Below the pieces are notes generated by a model. The model did not search any database. It was not told the DNA's origin and worked only from the letters and a program-made list of their open reading frames with translations. Of a DNA stretch of 64,000 bases, positions 47,563-58,798 are shown piece by piece. Position 1 is the first letter of the stretch; every line of letters begins with the position of its first letter. A program made the translations under genes and the position numbers. The DNA comes from Candidatus Coproplasma sp. (GTDB taxonomy: Bacteria; Bacillota; Clostridia; Christensenellales; Borkfalkiaceae): assembly GCA_051884055.1 (NCBI GenBank), contig JBJEUX010000025.1, positions 17,250-81,249 of the forward strand. Direction: 5' to 3'.

Positions 47563-47578
47563 AATTCAGTTTTGTTAA

Positions 47579-48760
47579 TTATTCTGCAACAACTTCACCT
47601 GCAGGGGTTTCTTCTGCGGGAACCTCTTCAGGCTTTTTAGTAAGCAGATTTTCCTGCGTCTCTGCGTCGAAGAAGTGCATTGCCTTTGCGTCAACCGTAA
47701 GGCAGAATCTGCAACCCATTACAAGTCCCTTTCTCTGCTCGGGTGTGAGGTCGATGGTGGGTATTCTTGCAATGATATGCATGCCGTCGTCGGTCACTAC
47801 GTGAAGGTGCAGTTCGCTGCCCATCATTTCGTTTACTTCAAGCTGGCAAGCAACGGTAGTTTCGTTCTTCTTATCGGTAAGAGTAATATGCTCGGGACGG
47901 AAGCCAAGCTTAATTGCACGGTCGGTTACGCCGTTTTCCTTAAGCATGTCTGCCTTGTGTCCGTCTACGGGGAACTTAGCGCCGAGTGCGGAAACGTAAT
48001 ATTTGCCGTTTTCAAGCGTAAGCTGACCGTCAACTATATTCATCTTAGGCGCGCCGATGAACTCTGCTACGAACAGATTCTGAGGCATTTCGAACACTTC
48101 CGTGGGAGTGCCGACCTGCTGAATGTAGCCGTCCTTCATAATTACTATTCTATCGCCGAGGGTCATAGCTTCGGTCTGGTCGTGAGTAACGTAAATGAAG
48201 GTCGTATTAATCTTCTGTCTGAGCTGAATAATTTCTGCTCTCATCTGGTTTCTGAGCTTTGCGTCGAGGTTGGACAAAGGTTCGTCCATAAGGAAAACCT
48301 TTGAATCTCTTACCATTGCACGGCCTATCGCTACACGCTGACGCTGACCGCCCGAAAGAGCCTTGGGTTTACGGAGGAGATATTCGGTTATGCCAAGGAT
48401 TTCCGCTGCGTTTGTAACCTTTTCGTATACGATGTCTTCAGGCGTCTTTTTAAGACGGAGCGAGAATGCGATATTATCGTAAACGGTCATATGAGGATAG
48501 AGCGCGTAGTTCTGGAATACCATCGCGATATTTCTGTCTTTAGGTTGTAAATCGTTTACAACTTCGCCGTCGATTTCAACGGTACCTTCGCTTATGTCCT
48601 CAAGACCTGCAATCATACGCAGAGTGGTCGATTTGCCGCAGCCCGAAGGACCTACGAATACGACGAATTCCTTATCTGCGATCTCAAGGTTGAAATCGTG
48701 AACGGCGACTACGTTTTTATCATAAATCTTTTTAACGTTAGTTAATTTTACTGATGCCAT
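47579..48760 (-). CDS. msmX: Sugar ABC transporter ATPase (MsmX/MalK/UgpC type)
   Basis: 393 aa with Walker A GPSGCGKST, signature LSGGQRQR and Walker B FLMDEPLSNLD. Has a TOBE-like C-terminal domain and a short acidic tail. Confidence 0.92.
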   Translation of the reverse strand: MASVKLTNVKKIYDKNVVAVHDFNLEIADKEFVVFVGPSGCGKSTTLRMIAGLEDISEGTVEIDGEVVNDLQPKDRNIAMVFQNYALYPHMTVYDNIAFSLRLKKTPEDIVYEKVTNAAEILGITEYLLRKPKALSGGQRQRVAIGRAMVRDSKVFLMDEPLSNLDAKLRNQMRAEIIQLRQKINTTFIYVTHDQTEAMTLGDRIVIMKDGYIQQVGTPTEVFEMPQNLFVAEFIGAPKMNIVDGQLTLENGKYYVSALGAKFPVDGHKADMLKENGVTDRAIKLGFRPEHITLTDKKNETTVACQLEVNEMMGSELHLHVVTDDGMHIIARIPTIDLTPEQRKGLVMGCRFCLTVDAKAMHFFDAETQENLLTKKPEEVPAEETPAGEVVAE

Positions 48761-48796
48761 ATATTTTCACTCCTATTTATAGGCTTAATATCGCCG

Positions 48797-49699
48797 TTAG
48801 CCCTTAACGGCGCCACCCGTAACGCCCGATACGTAATACTTCTGCAAAAGCATAAACAGTACGGTTACGGGAATTGCGACGAGAACGCCGCCCGCACAGA
48901 ACATTGTGTACTTGCCTTCGATCTGGTCCTTATTCAACCAGCTGTACAGACCGACTGCAACGTTCATACCTGCGGAGGTATTCATCGATATGTATCTTGC
49001 GAACACGAAATCTGCCCAAGGCGCCATGAACGCCGTCAATATCGTGTAAATTACGATAGGCTTTGCAAGCGGCAGGATAATTTTGAAAAGAATCTGCATA
49101 CGCGTTGCGCCGTCCACTCTCGCCGCCTCGTCGAGCGACTTGGGAATGGTATCGAAGAAGCCTTTGGAAACGTAATAGCCCATACCGGAGGAAGCTACGT
49201 ACACTAAGATAAGTCCGGGCACTGCATTTTCCTGAGTAAGACCCATATCCTTTAATACTTTGTAAAGGATAATCATGGTAAGCATACCGGGGAACATGCC
49301 GAGAATGAGCATGAAGCGCATTAAACCCTTTCTTCCCTTAAATCTGAAACGCGAGAGCGTATAGCTCATACAGAGCACGATTATCGTCTGCAGAATTGAT
49401 GAGAATATTGCAATGATAAAGGTGTTGAGATACCAACGCCAGAAGTCGGTCTCAGCGAGCTTGATATAGTTATCCAAGCCCCACTGCTTGGGGATAACGT
49501 AGCCAACCTGCCAGGTCGATTCAACTCTGAAGGACTGTAATACTATGCACACGAAAGGTATAAGCCAGACAACGCTCATTACAACCAGTACAACGTGAAT
49601 TATAGTGTTGCTTATCGCCCTCTGGGTCTTAAGACCTATGTGTTTTTTCATTGATTCTTTTTTAACTTCGGAAGTTTCTACAACGTTATTTTCACTCAT
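48797..49699 (-). CDS. Sugar ABC transporter permease (MalG-type)
   Basis: 300 aa with 6 TM helices and an EAA loop (LDEAARVDGATRMQ). Confidence 0.9.
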   Translation of the reverse strand: MSENNVVETSEVKKESMKKHIGLKTQRAISNTIIHVVLVVMSVVWLIPFVCIVLQSFRVESTWQVGYVIPKQWGLDNYIKLAETDFWRWYLNTFIIAIFSSILQTIIVLCMSYTLSRFRFKGRKGLMRFMLILGMFPGMLTMIILYKVLKDMGLTQENAVPGLILVYVASSGMGYYVSKGFFDTIPKSLDEAARVDGATRMQILFKIILPLAKPIVIYTILTAFMAPWADFVFARYISMNTSAGMNVAVGLYSWLNKDQIEGKYTMFCAGGVLVAIPVTVLFMLLQKYYVSGVTGGAVKG

Positions 49700-51222
49700 T
49701 ATTGGAAATCCTCCTCGTTTCGTGTTGACGGCAACAGGCTATAAACTATAAGCGAAATTACCGAGACTACGACAAACACAAGTATACCGATGACTGACGC
49801 CATATAGAACTTACTGTCGTTTACCGCAATCTTGAACAACCAGGTTACCAACAGGTCGGTGTAGCCGAGCGTACCGCCGGGCGATACTGCCGTTGCGTTG
49901 GTGGGAGCGCCGCCGGTCAGAAGATAGATGACGTTGAAGTTGTTCATGTTGGAGATGAAGCTCGTAAGAAGATAAGGTCCCGTAACGAAAAGCATATACG
50001 GAAGGGTTATCTTCGTGTACTGCTGGAATGCGTTTGCGCCGTCGATTCTTGCAGATTCGTACAAGTCCTGAGGAATGTTCATCAATATACCCGTTGCAAT
50101 AAGCATGAGGTATGGAATACCTATCCAGATATTGATTATGATGACCATTACCCTCGCCCAGGTGGGATCAGTCCAGAACGGTAGCGCCTCGTCAATCCAG
50201 CCCCAACTCATCAGCATACCGTTTACCAGACCGTTCTGAGCGAACATCTTGGAAACGTACAGAAGCGATATGAACTGAGGTATTGCTATGGTTACGATGA
50301 GTATCGTACGCCAGACCTTCTTAAGCCTTATTCCCTTCTTATTAATCATCATTGCGACGAACATGCCGAGGAAATAGTTTGTAAAGGTTGCGAAGAACGC
50401 CCAGATAAGCGTCCAGGCAAGTACTTCGCCAAAGGTTGCGGCGTAGTTGGTGCCGCCTGCCGACCAACCGAGCATCTGGTTGAAGTTTTCCATTCCGACC
50501 CAGCTGAACAGGTGGTTTCTTCCGTCGAATTCGCCGCTGTAATTGGTGAATGCAACCAGAATCATGAATACCATCGGCATAACGGTGAATACTACGATAC
50601 CCGTCAAAGGAAGGGCAAGCAGAGTCTTGTGGAACTGCTCGTCAACGAGCGAACGCAAGTCGTCCTTGGTTCTCTTTAAGGGCTTGCCGCTCTTTAAAAT
50701 CTCTTCGGAAATTCTATTCTGCTTTACGTTCAAACGCCAGGTATAAATGAAGGCGATGATAAAGAAGATGGTTAAAATACCGTACAACAGAATTTTGAAG
50801 GAATCGTCGTGATATGTCGTGACGTAGGCGTCGAGGATTTCGTTATATTCCTCCGTTGCGCCCAATCTGCCAAGGGAGGGAAGCAACGAAAGCCAGAATC
50901 CGCCCCAGATTGCCATATAGACGATAAAGATTATTTCAAACAGCAAAAACATTACGCCGCGCAATATCTGACCGCGCGCAAGACTGCCGAAGCCCATAAT
51001 CACAAACGACAGACGCGTTTTGTAATCGCCGTTTTTAAACGTGTTGTAAATGTCTACAAAATTGTCCTTAACTTTTATGCCGAATTCTTTACACTTTGTC
51101 CAGATAGTTTTACCCAGATTGACAAACCATTGAGGAATTCCTATAAAGAAGCAGGCAATTTTATAGAGAATCTTATGTAATTTAGAAAGTTTTAAATATT
51201 CTAAATCTGTATACGTAGTCAT
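49699..51222 (-). CDS. Sugar ABC transporter permease (MalF-type, long)
   Basis: 507 aa with extra N-terminal TM helices, an extracytoplasmic loop and an EAA loop (YESARIDGANAFQQ). Confidence 0.9.
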   Translation of the reverse strand: MTTYTDLEYLKLSKLHKILYKIACFFIGIPQWFVNLGKTIWTKCKEFGIKVKDNFVDIYNTFKNGDYKTRLSFVIMGFGSLARGQILRGVMFLLFEIIFIVYMAIWGGFWLSLLPSLGRLGATEEYNEILDAYVTTYHDDSFKILLYGILTIFFIIAFIYTWRLNVKQNRISEEILKSGKPLKRTKDDLRSLVDEQFHKTLLALPLTGIVVFTVMPMVFMILVAFTNYSGEFDGRNHLFSWVGMENFNQMLGWSAGGTNYAATFGEVLAWTLIWAFFATFTNYFLGMFVAMMINKKGIRLKKVWRTILIVTIAIPQFISLLYVSKMFAQNGLVNGMLMSWGWIDEALPFWTDPTWARVMVIIINIWIGIPYLMLIATGILMNIPQDLYESARIDGANAFQQYTKITLPYMLFVTGPYLLTSFISNMNNFNVIYLLTGGAPTNATAVSPGGTLGYTDLLVTWLFKIAVNDSKFYMASVIGILVFVVVSVISLIVYSLLPSTRNEEDFQ

Positions 51223-51237
51223 AAAGTTCTCCTTAAT

Positions 51238-51274
51238 TAAAAGAGGTTGGAGTCAAATTTTCGTTGACTCCAAC
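51238..51274 (-). terminator. Intra-operon hairpin after the binding-protein gene
   Basis: Stem gttggagtcaa/ttgactccaac followed by CTCTTTT on the minus strand. Hairpins like this are commonly found downstream of binding-protein genes. Confidence 0.6.
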
Positions 51275-51357
51275 CCAACCTTTTAAAATAGAATCCGGTT
51301 AAGCCAAAGCTCTACGCTTTGGAGCAACACATTGAGTAAAATGTAATTGCCTGGTTA

Positions 51358-52914
51358 TTATGAAGCGGAGATAAGTTCAACCGTTCCGTTGTCACCAGAG
51401 AGAGTAAGCTGAATGTAGTACTTACCTGCGGTCGAAACTTCGAAGTCTTTTCCTTCGCTGTTGCCGTATGATACATCCCAGCTCAGACCCTTTCTAACCT
51501 TAAACTTATCACCTGCATTCAGGTCGTAAGCTTCGGTAGTCTTCCATACGCCGGAGGAAACCTCTTCCATAGGAAGGTCTGTTGCCCAGTTATCGCCGTT
51601 GATTGTACCGATAACGGTATATGCGTTGAGAACTTCATCAGAGATAGTGAACAAGCCGTCGATTGCGTTCTTGTAAGTGGTGAGAACTGCCTGTAAACCA
51701 GCGTCGGTACCGTCGGAGTTCTTAACACCGGTAGCTATAGCCTTACCGATATCCCACCAGGAACCGTGGATCTGACCCTGAGGTACAGCGTATTCGGACT
51801 GCTTAAGGAGTGCAGCAAGTGCAGGGTTTGCCTGAACGGCGTCAATCTGCTGTGCGTTGATGTTTGAAGGACCCCATGCAAGAGCATTGAATCTTGCGAT
51901 CTGAGCTTCTTCGCTGGTTAAATACTGAGCGAACTTATGGAGAGCAGCAGATCTTACAGCGTCGGTCTGAGGCTTAACGCCGAGAAGCTTGCAGCCCGAG
52001 AACGAGCCGAGGTGATAGCTCTGTCCGTCAACCGTGAAGGAAGGAAGTTCTGCTACGCCGAGGTTATCGCCAAGGATAGCTGCGATGTCGTTGTATGCCC
52101 AGGTACCGGATACGAGGACTGCGGAAGGAATAGCTGCGGAGAATGCGGAAGCTGCGGAAGAGTCAAGGTATGCCTTGGAGCTTACAAGCTTCTTCATACC
52201 CTTAACAGCAATTAAACCGTTTGCGGAATTATAAGTGTCGTTAACGGATACGAACTTACCGTTGTCGTCGGTCTGCCATTCGGACTTACAGCCGGTAGCG
52301 AAGAAGAACGCTGCGTTGTACCATGCGGAGGTTTCAAGTTCGAATGCGAAGTATACTTTATTTGCTTCGCAGTCTGCAATCAAAGCTTCCATACTGGTTA
52401 AGTGTGATTCGTCGGTAATAATGCTCTTATCATAGTACATAAAGTAGCCGTTATCTGCCGTAAGGGGATAAGCGTAAAGCGTATCGCCGCTCATAGCTGC
52501 GGAAACGGTCGATGCCGAGTTGTCTGAAGTTACGGCTTCTGCCGAATACTTACCAAGCTTGGAAAGAGCGCCTGCCTGAACGAGTCTTGCGAACTGGTCC
52601 TGTGCGAAACAGTAGATATCTGCGCCGGCTTCAACGTCGGTGGTCATCTGCGTAGCTGCTTCGCCTTCGCCTACAGCTTCTATGGTAGCGTTAATTACGA
52701 TACCGTCGCTGTTGGTCTGGTTGTAAGAAGCAACCTGAGTCTTCGTGAACTCAACTGCTGCCTCGGCAACCCACATTTTAATGTCGTAGGTGCCTGCTAA
52801 ATCCATTCCGGCATAGTCGTCTTTAGTTGATTCGCCGCAACCGGCAGCAAAGCCTACGCCCATCGTCATTGCCAACGCTAAAACGCCGGCAAGTAATTTG
52901 CTCTTTTTTGTCAT
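51358..52914 (-). CDS. MalE/CycB/GanS-family oligosaccharide-binding lipoprotein with an extra C-terminal beta-sandwich-like domain
   Basis: 518 aa with lipobox FAAGC. The binding-protein core covers about 415 aa. A further ~100 aa (VIGTINGDNWATD...GDKFKVRKGLSWDVSYG) resembles a carbohydrate-binding module (CBM). Confidence 0.85.
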   Translation of the reverse strand: MTKKSKLLAGVLALAMTMGVGFAAGCGESTKDDYAGMDLAGTYDIKMWVAEAAVEFTKTQVASYNQTNSDGIVINATIEAVGEGEAATQMTTDVEAGADIYCFAQDQFARLVQAGALSKLGKYSAEAVTSDNSASTVSAAMSGDTLYAYPLTADNGYFMYYDKSIITDESHLTSMEALIADCEANKVYFAFELETSAWYNAAFFFATGCKSEWQTDDNGKFVSVNDTYNSANGLIAVKGMKKLVSSKAYLDSSAASAFSAAIPSAVLVSGTWAYNDIAAILGDNLGVAELPSFTVDGQSYHLGSFSGCKLLGVKPQTDAVRSAALHKFAQYLTSEEAQIARFNALAWGPSNINAQQIDAVQANPALAALLKQSEYAVPQGQIHGSWWDIGKAIATGVKNSDGTDAGLQAVLTTYKNAIDGLFTISDEVLNAYTVIGTINGDNWATDLPMEEVSSGVWKTTEAYDLNAGDKFKVRKGLSWDVSYGNSEGKDFEVSTAGKYYIQLTLSGDNGTVELISAS

Positions 52915-52946
52915 TTTTCTCCTCCAGAACTTTAAGATATAATTTG

Positions 52947-53023
52947 CCGCATTTGCGGTTCATTCCAAATAAGATTTTTTTGCGGTTTGTGTAATCAAAC
53001 CGCAAAGCGCCACGTGGCGCTTT
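52947..53023 (-). promoter_or_regulatory. Three palindromes in the 5' leader of the ABC operon
   Basis: They are ccgcatttgcgg (52947-52958), TTTGCGGTTTG-6-CAAACCGCAAA (52979-53006) and AAAGCGCCACGTGGCGCTTT (53004-53023). All lie between the predicted promoter and the RBS. Confidence 0.5.
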
Positions 53024-53104
53024 TTTTGAAAATTTTTAAATTTTTTTGATTTGTTTTACAAATTATTGCACGGAAAAAAGAACGGACCTTCCGCTTCTTG
53101 TTAA

Positions 53105-53133
53105 ATTATATCATATCGATATTTTTATGTCAA
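53105..53133 (-). promoter_or_regulatory. Perfect-consensus sigma-A promoter of the ABC operon (TTGACA-17-TATAAT)
   Basis: Minus-strand -35 at 53128-53133 and -10 at 53105-53110. Implies a leader of about 180 nt. Confidence 0.7.
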
Positions 53134-53254
53134 TAGCATATATTTAATTTTTTTGTATTATTTTCATATTTTTTTCACACCGATTTTACGTATTTTTTAT
53201 AATTGGTTAAATTTGCATAATATCCGCACTCTTATATGATAATCAGATGAAATT

Positions 53255-53284
53255 GCGGCGCGGCGTAAGTTAACGCCGCGCCGC
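53255..53284 (-). terminator. Hairpin downstream of the galactanase gene
   Basis: 12-bp GC stem gcggcgcggcgt/acgccgcgccgc with a 6-nt loop. The U tract is weak (AATTTCATC). Confidence 0.5.
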
Positions 53285-53366
53285 AAAAGCGCCGATTATT
53301 ATATCGTCCTATTGCTATATCAGCCGTCTACGACGGCAAATTGCGAAATTTTGCCCGCACAATATA

Positions 53367-55427
<2,061 letters not shown>

Positions 55428-55472
55428 TCATTTTTAAACAAAAATTAAAATGAAGATAATTTGTTTAAGCCG

Positions 55473-55501
55473 TTGATTTTGTCAGATTGTTATGATATTA
55501 T
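55473..55501 (+). promoter_or_regulatory. Candidate promoter of the GH42 gene (TTGATT-17-TATTAT)
   Basis: -35 at 55473-55478 and -10 at 55496-55501. Confidence 0.45.
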
Positions 55502-55549
55502 AATGAACGGTAGCGGCATACGCTAAAGTCATTATTTACGAGTAAGGAT

Positions 55550-57592
55550 ATGAAAAAGAAAAGTTACTTAAACGACGATTTTAAGAAGTTTTATCACGGC
55601 GGAGACTACAACCCCGAACAATGGATCGACACGAAGGAAATCTGGGACGAGGACATGCGCCTTATGAAGCTTGCGCACTGCAACGAAATTACGGTGGGTA
55701 TGTTTTCGTGGGCGGCTCTGGAGCCCAGAGAAGGCGAATACGATTTTGCGTATCTGGACGAAATTGTCGAAAGGACGTATTCCAACGGCGGAAGGGTGAT
55801 TATGTGCACCCCTTCGGGCGCGCGTCCGCACTGGTTGGCGGATAAATATCCCGAGGTCCTGCGCGTTGACGTAGAGGGCAGACGCCAGCACTTTTCGGCA
55901 AGGCATAACCATTGCTTTACCTCTCCTGCATACCGCGAAAAGGTGCGCCTTATCAACACCGAGCTTGCAAAGCGCTACGCGCATCACCCTGCGGTGGTAG
56001 GCTGGCATATATCCAACGAATACGGCGGAGAATGTTACTGCCCCTTGTGCCAGCAGGCGTTCAGGGAATTCCTTAAAAACAAGTACGGCACCATAGAAAA
56101 TCTGAACAAGGCTTACTGGGCGGCGTTCTGGAGCCACACCTACGACAGCTTCGACCAGATCGAAGCTCCCGCCGTGCTGACCGAGCGCAGCGTTCACGGA
56201 CTGAATATCGACTGGTTCAGGTTTACAACCGCTCAGACGGTTGACTTTATGAAGTGCGAGGTGGCGCCCATTAAGGAAGTCAACCCCGACGCAAAGATTA
56301 CCACCAATATGATGTTCGAGCATTACGGCTACGACTACTATAAGTTCAGGGACGTAATCGACTTTGCCTCGTGGGATTCGTACCCCCTCTGGCATTCGGG
56401 AAATCAGGAACTGACGGCGTCAAGCACCGCTTTCTGGCACGACTTTTACCGCACGCTCAAGGGAAAGCCCTTCCTGCTTATGGAGAGCACGCCCAGCTTA
56501 GTCAACTGGCACGAATATAACAAACTTAAAAGACCCGGTTTGGACAACCTTGCTTCCATTCAGGCGGTGGCGCACGGAAGCGACAGCGTGCAGTACTTCC
56601 AGTGGCGAAAGAGCCGCGGAAGCACGGAAAAATTCCACGGCGCGGTCGTCGACCACGAGGGAAGCGAAAACACGAGGGTGTTCCGTTCGGTTGCAAAGAC
56701 GGGCGAAATTTTAGAAAAGATAGAAGAAATTGCAGGGACGGGCGTAGAAGCGCAGGTTGCGATTATTTACGACTGGGAGAATATGTGGGCGCTGGACGAC
56801 AGCCAGGGCTTTGCCGCAAAGAATAAAAAATATTACGAAACCTGCTATTCCTACCACAGATTTTTCTGGAAGCGCGCGATCAACTGCGATATAGTCGACA
56901 GAAACGCCGACCTTTCCAAATACAAGCTGGTAATTGCGCCCATGCTGTACATGGTGGACGAACGCACGCAGGGCAGCTTTGAAAGCTACGTCAAGGGCGG
57001 CGGCACGCTGTATGCAACCTATGCGCTGGGTATGGTAAACGAGACCGACCTTTGCTACCTCGGCGGATTCCCCGCAGGAAAGCTTAAGGAGGTTTTCGGA
57101 ATCTGGAACGAGGAGATCGACACCCTCTATCCCGGTCAGACGGGCGAAGTTACCATGGACGGACAAAAGTTTGAAGTGCGCGACTACAGCGAAATTATCC
57201 ACGCGCGCGGAGCAAAGGTTTTAGCGACATATTCCAAGGAATTTTACGCAGGCGAGCCTGCGGCAACCGTAAACGAATACGGCAAGGGCAAGGCGTATTA
57301 TCAGGCGTTCAGAGATTGCGACGACTTTAAGAGCGCTGTTTTAGACAGCATTGCGAACGAGCTCAAACTTGTCCGCAACCTGCCTTCGGGCAAGGACGGA
57401 CTGCCCTTTGCAGTCAGCGCACACACCCGCACCGACGGCGAAAATCTTTACCTGTTCGTTGAAAACTATTCCGAAGAAAAAATTGAAAATCTTGACCTCG
57501 GCGACGAGTACGAGGATATGTTAAACGGCGGCTTTAGTAAGAGCGTTACGCTTGCACCCTACGGACTTGCTATATTCAGACGTAAGATTTAA
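55550..57592 (+). CDS. ganA: GH42 beta-galactosidase
   Basis: 680 aa with a GH42 catalytic region (WHISNEYGG; the second Glu lies in LMESTPS) and a trimerisation domain. Divergent from the GH53 gene. Confidence 0.92.
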   Translation: MKKKSYLNDDFKKFYHGGDYNPEQWIDTKEIWDEDMRLMKLAHCNEITVGMFSWAALEPREGEYDFAYLDEIVERTYSNGGRVIMCTPSGARPHWLADKYPEVLRVDVEGRRQHFSARHNHCFTSPAYREKVRLINTELAKRYAHHPAVVGWHISNEYGGECYCPLCQQAFREFLKNKYGTIENLNKAYWAAFWSHTYDSFDQIEAPAVLTERSVHGLNIDWFRFTTAQTVDFMKCEVAPIKEVNPDAKITTNMMFEHYGYDYYKFRDVIDFASWDSYPLWHSGNQELTASSTAFWHDFYRTLKGKPFLLMESTPSLVNWHEYNKLKRPGLDNLASIQAVAHGSDSVQYFQWRKSRGSTEKFHGAVVDHEGSENTRVFRSVAKTGEILEKIEEIAGTGVEAQVAIIYDWENMWALDDSQGFAAKNKKYYETCYSYHRFFWKRAINCDIVDRNADLSKYKLVIAPMLYMVDERTQGSFESYVKGGGTLYATYALGMVNETDLCYLGGFPAGKLKEVFGIWNEEIDTLYPGQTGEVTMDGQKFEVRDYSEIIHARGAKVLATYSKEFYAGEPAATVNEYGKGKAYYQAFRDCDDFKSAVLDSIANELKLVRNLPSGKDGLPFAVSAHTRTDGENLYLFVENYSEEKIENLDLGDEYEDMLNGGFSKSVTLAPYGLAIFRRKI

Positions 57593-57638
57593 TAGCAAAT
57601 TATAAAACTGAAAAGAATTTTAATACAGAATATAAAAC

Positions 57639-57680
57639 AAAACGGACGGCGGAAAAATTCCGCCGTCCGTTTTAATGTTT
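57639..57680. terminator. Bidirectional terminator
   Basis: 14-bp stem aaaacggacggcgg/ccgccgtccgtttt with T-rich flanks on both sides. Confidence 0.85.
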
Positions 57681-57688
57681 TATTGATT

Positions 57689-57765
57689 TTAAAGTGCAAG
57701 GAGCGTCTGCAATTGTTATTGCCGCTTTACAGTGCAAGGAGCGCGTCTGCAATAGTTATTGCCGC
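57689..57765 (-). repeat. Tandem echo of the last ~37 nt plus stop codon of gene 57727-58308
   Basis: ttacagtgcaaggagcgcgtctgcaatagttattgccgc (57727-57765, real end) matches ttaaagtgcaaggagcgtctgcaattgttattgccgc (57689-57725). Confidence 0.85.
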
Positions 57766-58308
57766 GTCGCTTTCAACCTCGGTGAGCGCGCCGCCGTGCA
57801 GGGAGTCCTTGTTGAAGAACAGATAGTAGTCCTCCGCCTCCGCGTCCGCTGCGGGTGAATAGTCTATATATCCCGTCGCACAGCCCGTCGAGGAGGTCTT
57901 GTCGTACACCTTGATTCCGTATGCAACCCCTTCTTCATTATAGTATATGCCGCGCTCGGAGTATCTGTCGCACAGCTCGGCTGAAAGCGGACAGAACGAC
58001 GCGATATAATCTTCGATATCCGACTGTTTGATAAGGTAGATATCGCCGTCCGCTATAGAGGTCGAACTGAACGCCACGTACGAAAAGGCGTGAACCTGAA
58101 CCATACGGATATCGTCGGGCTTATGCTTTTCAAGCTCCACCCTCAGCTCGATTTCGTCGACCTGAGCAACGTCCGCATAGACGGTCACTTTATACTTAGG
58201 CACCGTATCGGTGATAAAGGTGAATATCCAGCCGACGAACATCAGCGCAAGCATCGCCCACAGAATATAGAGATAGAACTTTGAAAAGATATTTTTAATT
58301 ATTTTCAT
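57727..58308 (-). CDS. Hypothetical membrane-anchored protein
   Basis: ORF 57727..58326 trimmed to the ATG at 58308, which has a GAGGTG RBS. Has one N-terminal TM helix and a ~150-aa soluble domain. Overlaps the upstream gene by 14 nt. Confidence 0.6.
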   Translation of the reverse strand: MKIIKNIFSKFYLYILWAMLALMFVGWIFTFITDTVPKYKVTVYADVAQVDEIELRVELEKHKPDDIRMVQVHAFSYVAFSSTSIADGDIYLIKQSDIEDYIASFCPLSAELCDRYSERGIYYNEEGVAYGIKVYDKTSSTGCATGYIDYSPAADAEAEDYYLFFNKDSLHGGALTEVESDAAITIADALLAL

Positions 58309-58798
58309 TGCACACCTCAAAGGCAACCACGTAGCCGTGTACGGCGTACAACTTTACCCTTTCCTTTATATCTTTAAGCTTGCCGAGCTTTAAAACGTTG
58401 ACCTTTAAATTTTCGGTCTTGTCCCCGTCGGTCAACCTGACCTTTACGAAGGTTATACTGCCGATTATTCTCAATTTCTGATCGCCTATCGTAAGTAAGC
58501 CCGTATGCTCGGTACGTTCGCCCTCGAACATATTCTGAGCGTGAACTATTTCGTGCTTGTGCTCGGCAATGACCGAAACGCAAACGTAAATTACGAACCA
58601 ACCGCCCACGACGGCTATTATCATTACCGCAGCCATTATCTTCTGAACGTTGCGCACGTCCGTTAAGCAACACAGCGTTATGCACGCGGCAAGACAGACC
58701 GCCGCAAAGACGCAGACGACCGTGAGCCAGATTTTGTTTGACAGGCGAAGCTTATCCACTTCGCGCTCGTCGTAAAGTTCAGTTATTTGTCTATCCAT
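58295..58798 (-). CDS. Hypothetical membrane protein (2-TM hairpin plus ~85-aa beta-rich C-terminal domain)
   Basis: 167 aa. Architecture is reminiscent of bacterial PH-domain (YdbS-like) proteins, which is inference only. No SD sequence. An extended -10 element ends 6 nt before the ATG. Confidence 0.55.
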   Translation of the reverse strand: MDRQITELYDEREVDKLRLSNKIWLTVVCVFAAVCLAACITLCCLTDVRNVQKIMAAVMIIAVVGGWFVIYVCVSVIAEHKHEIVHAQNMFEGERTEHTGLLTIGDQKLRIIGSITFVKVRLTDGDKTENLKVNVLKLGKLKDIKERVKLYAVHGYVVAFEVCNENN

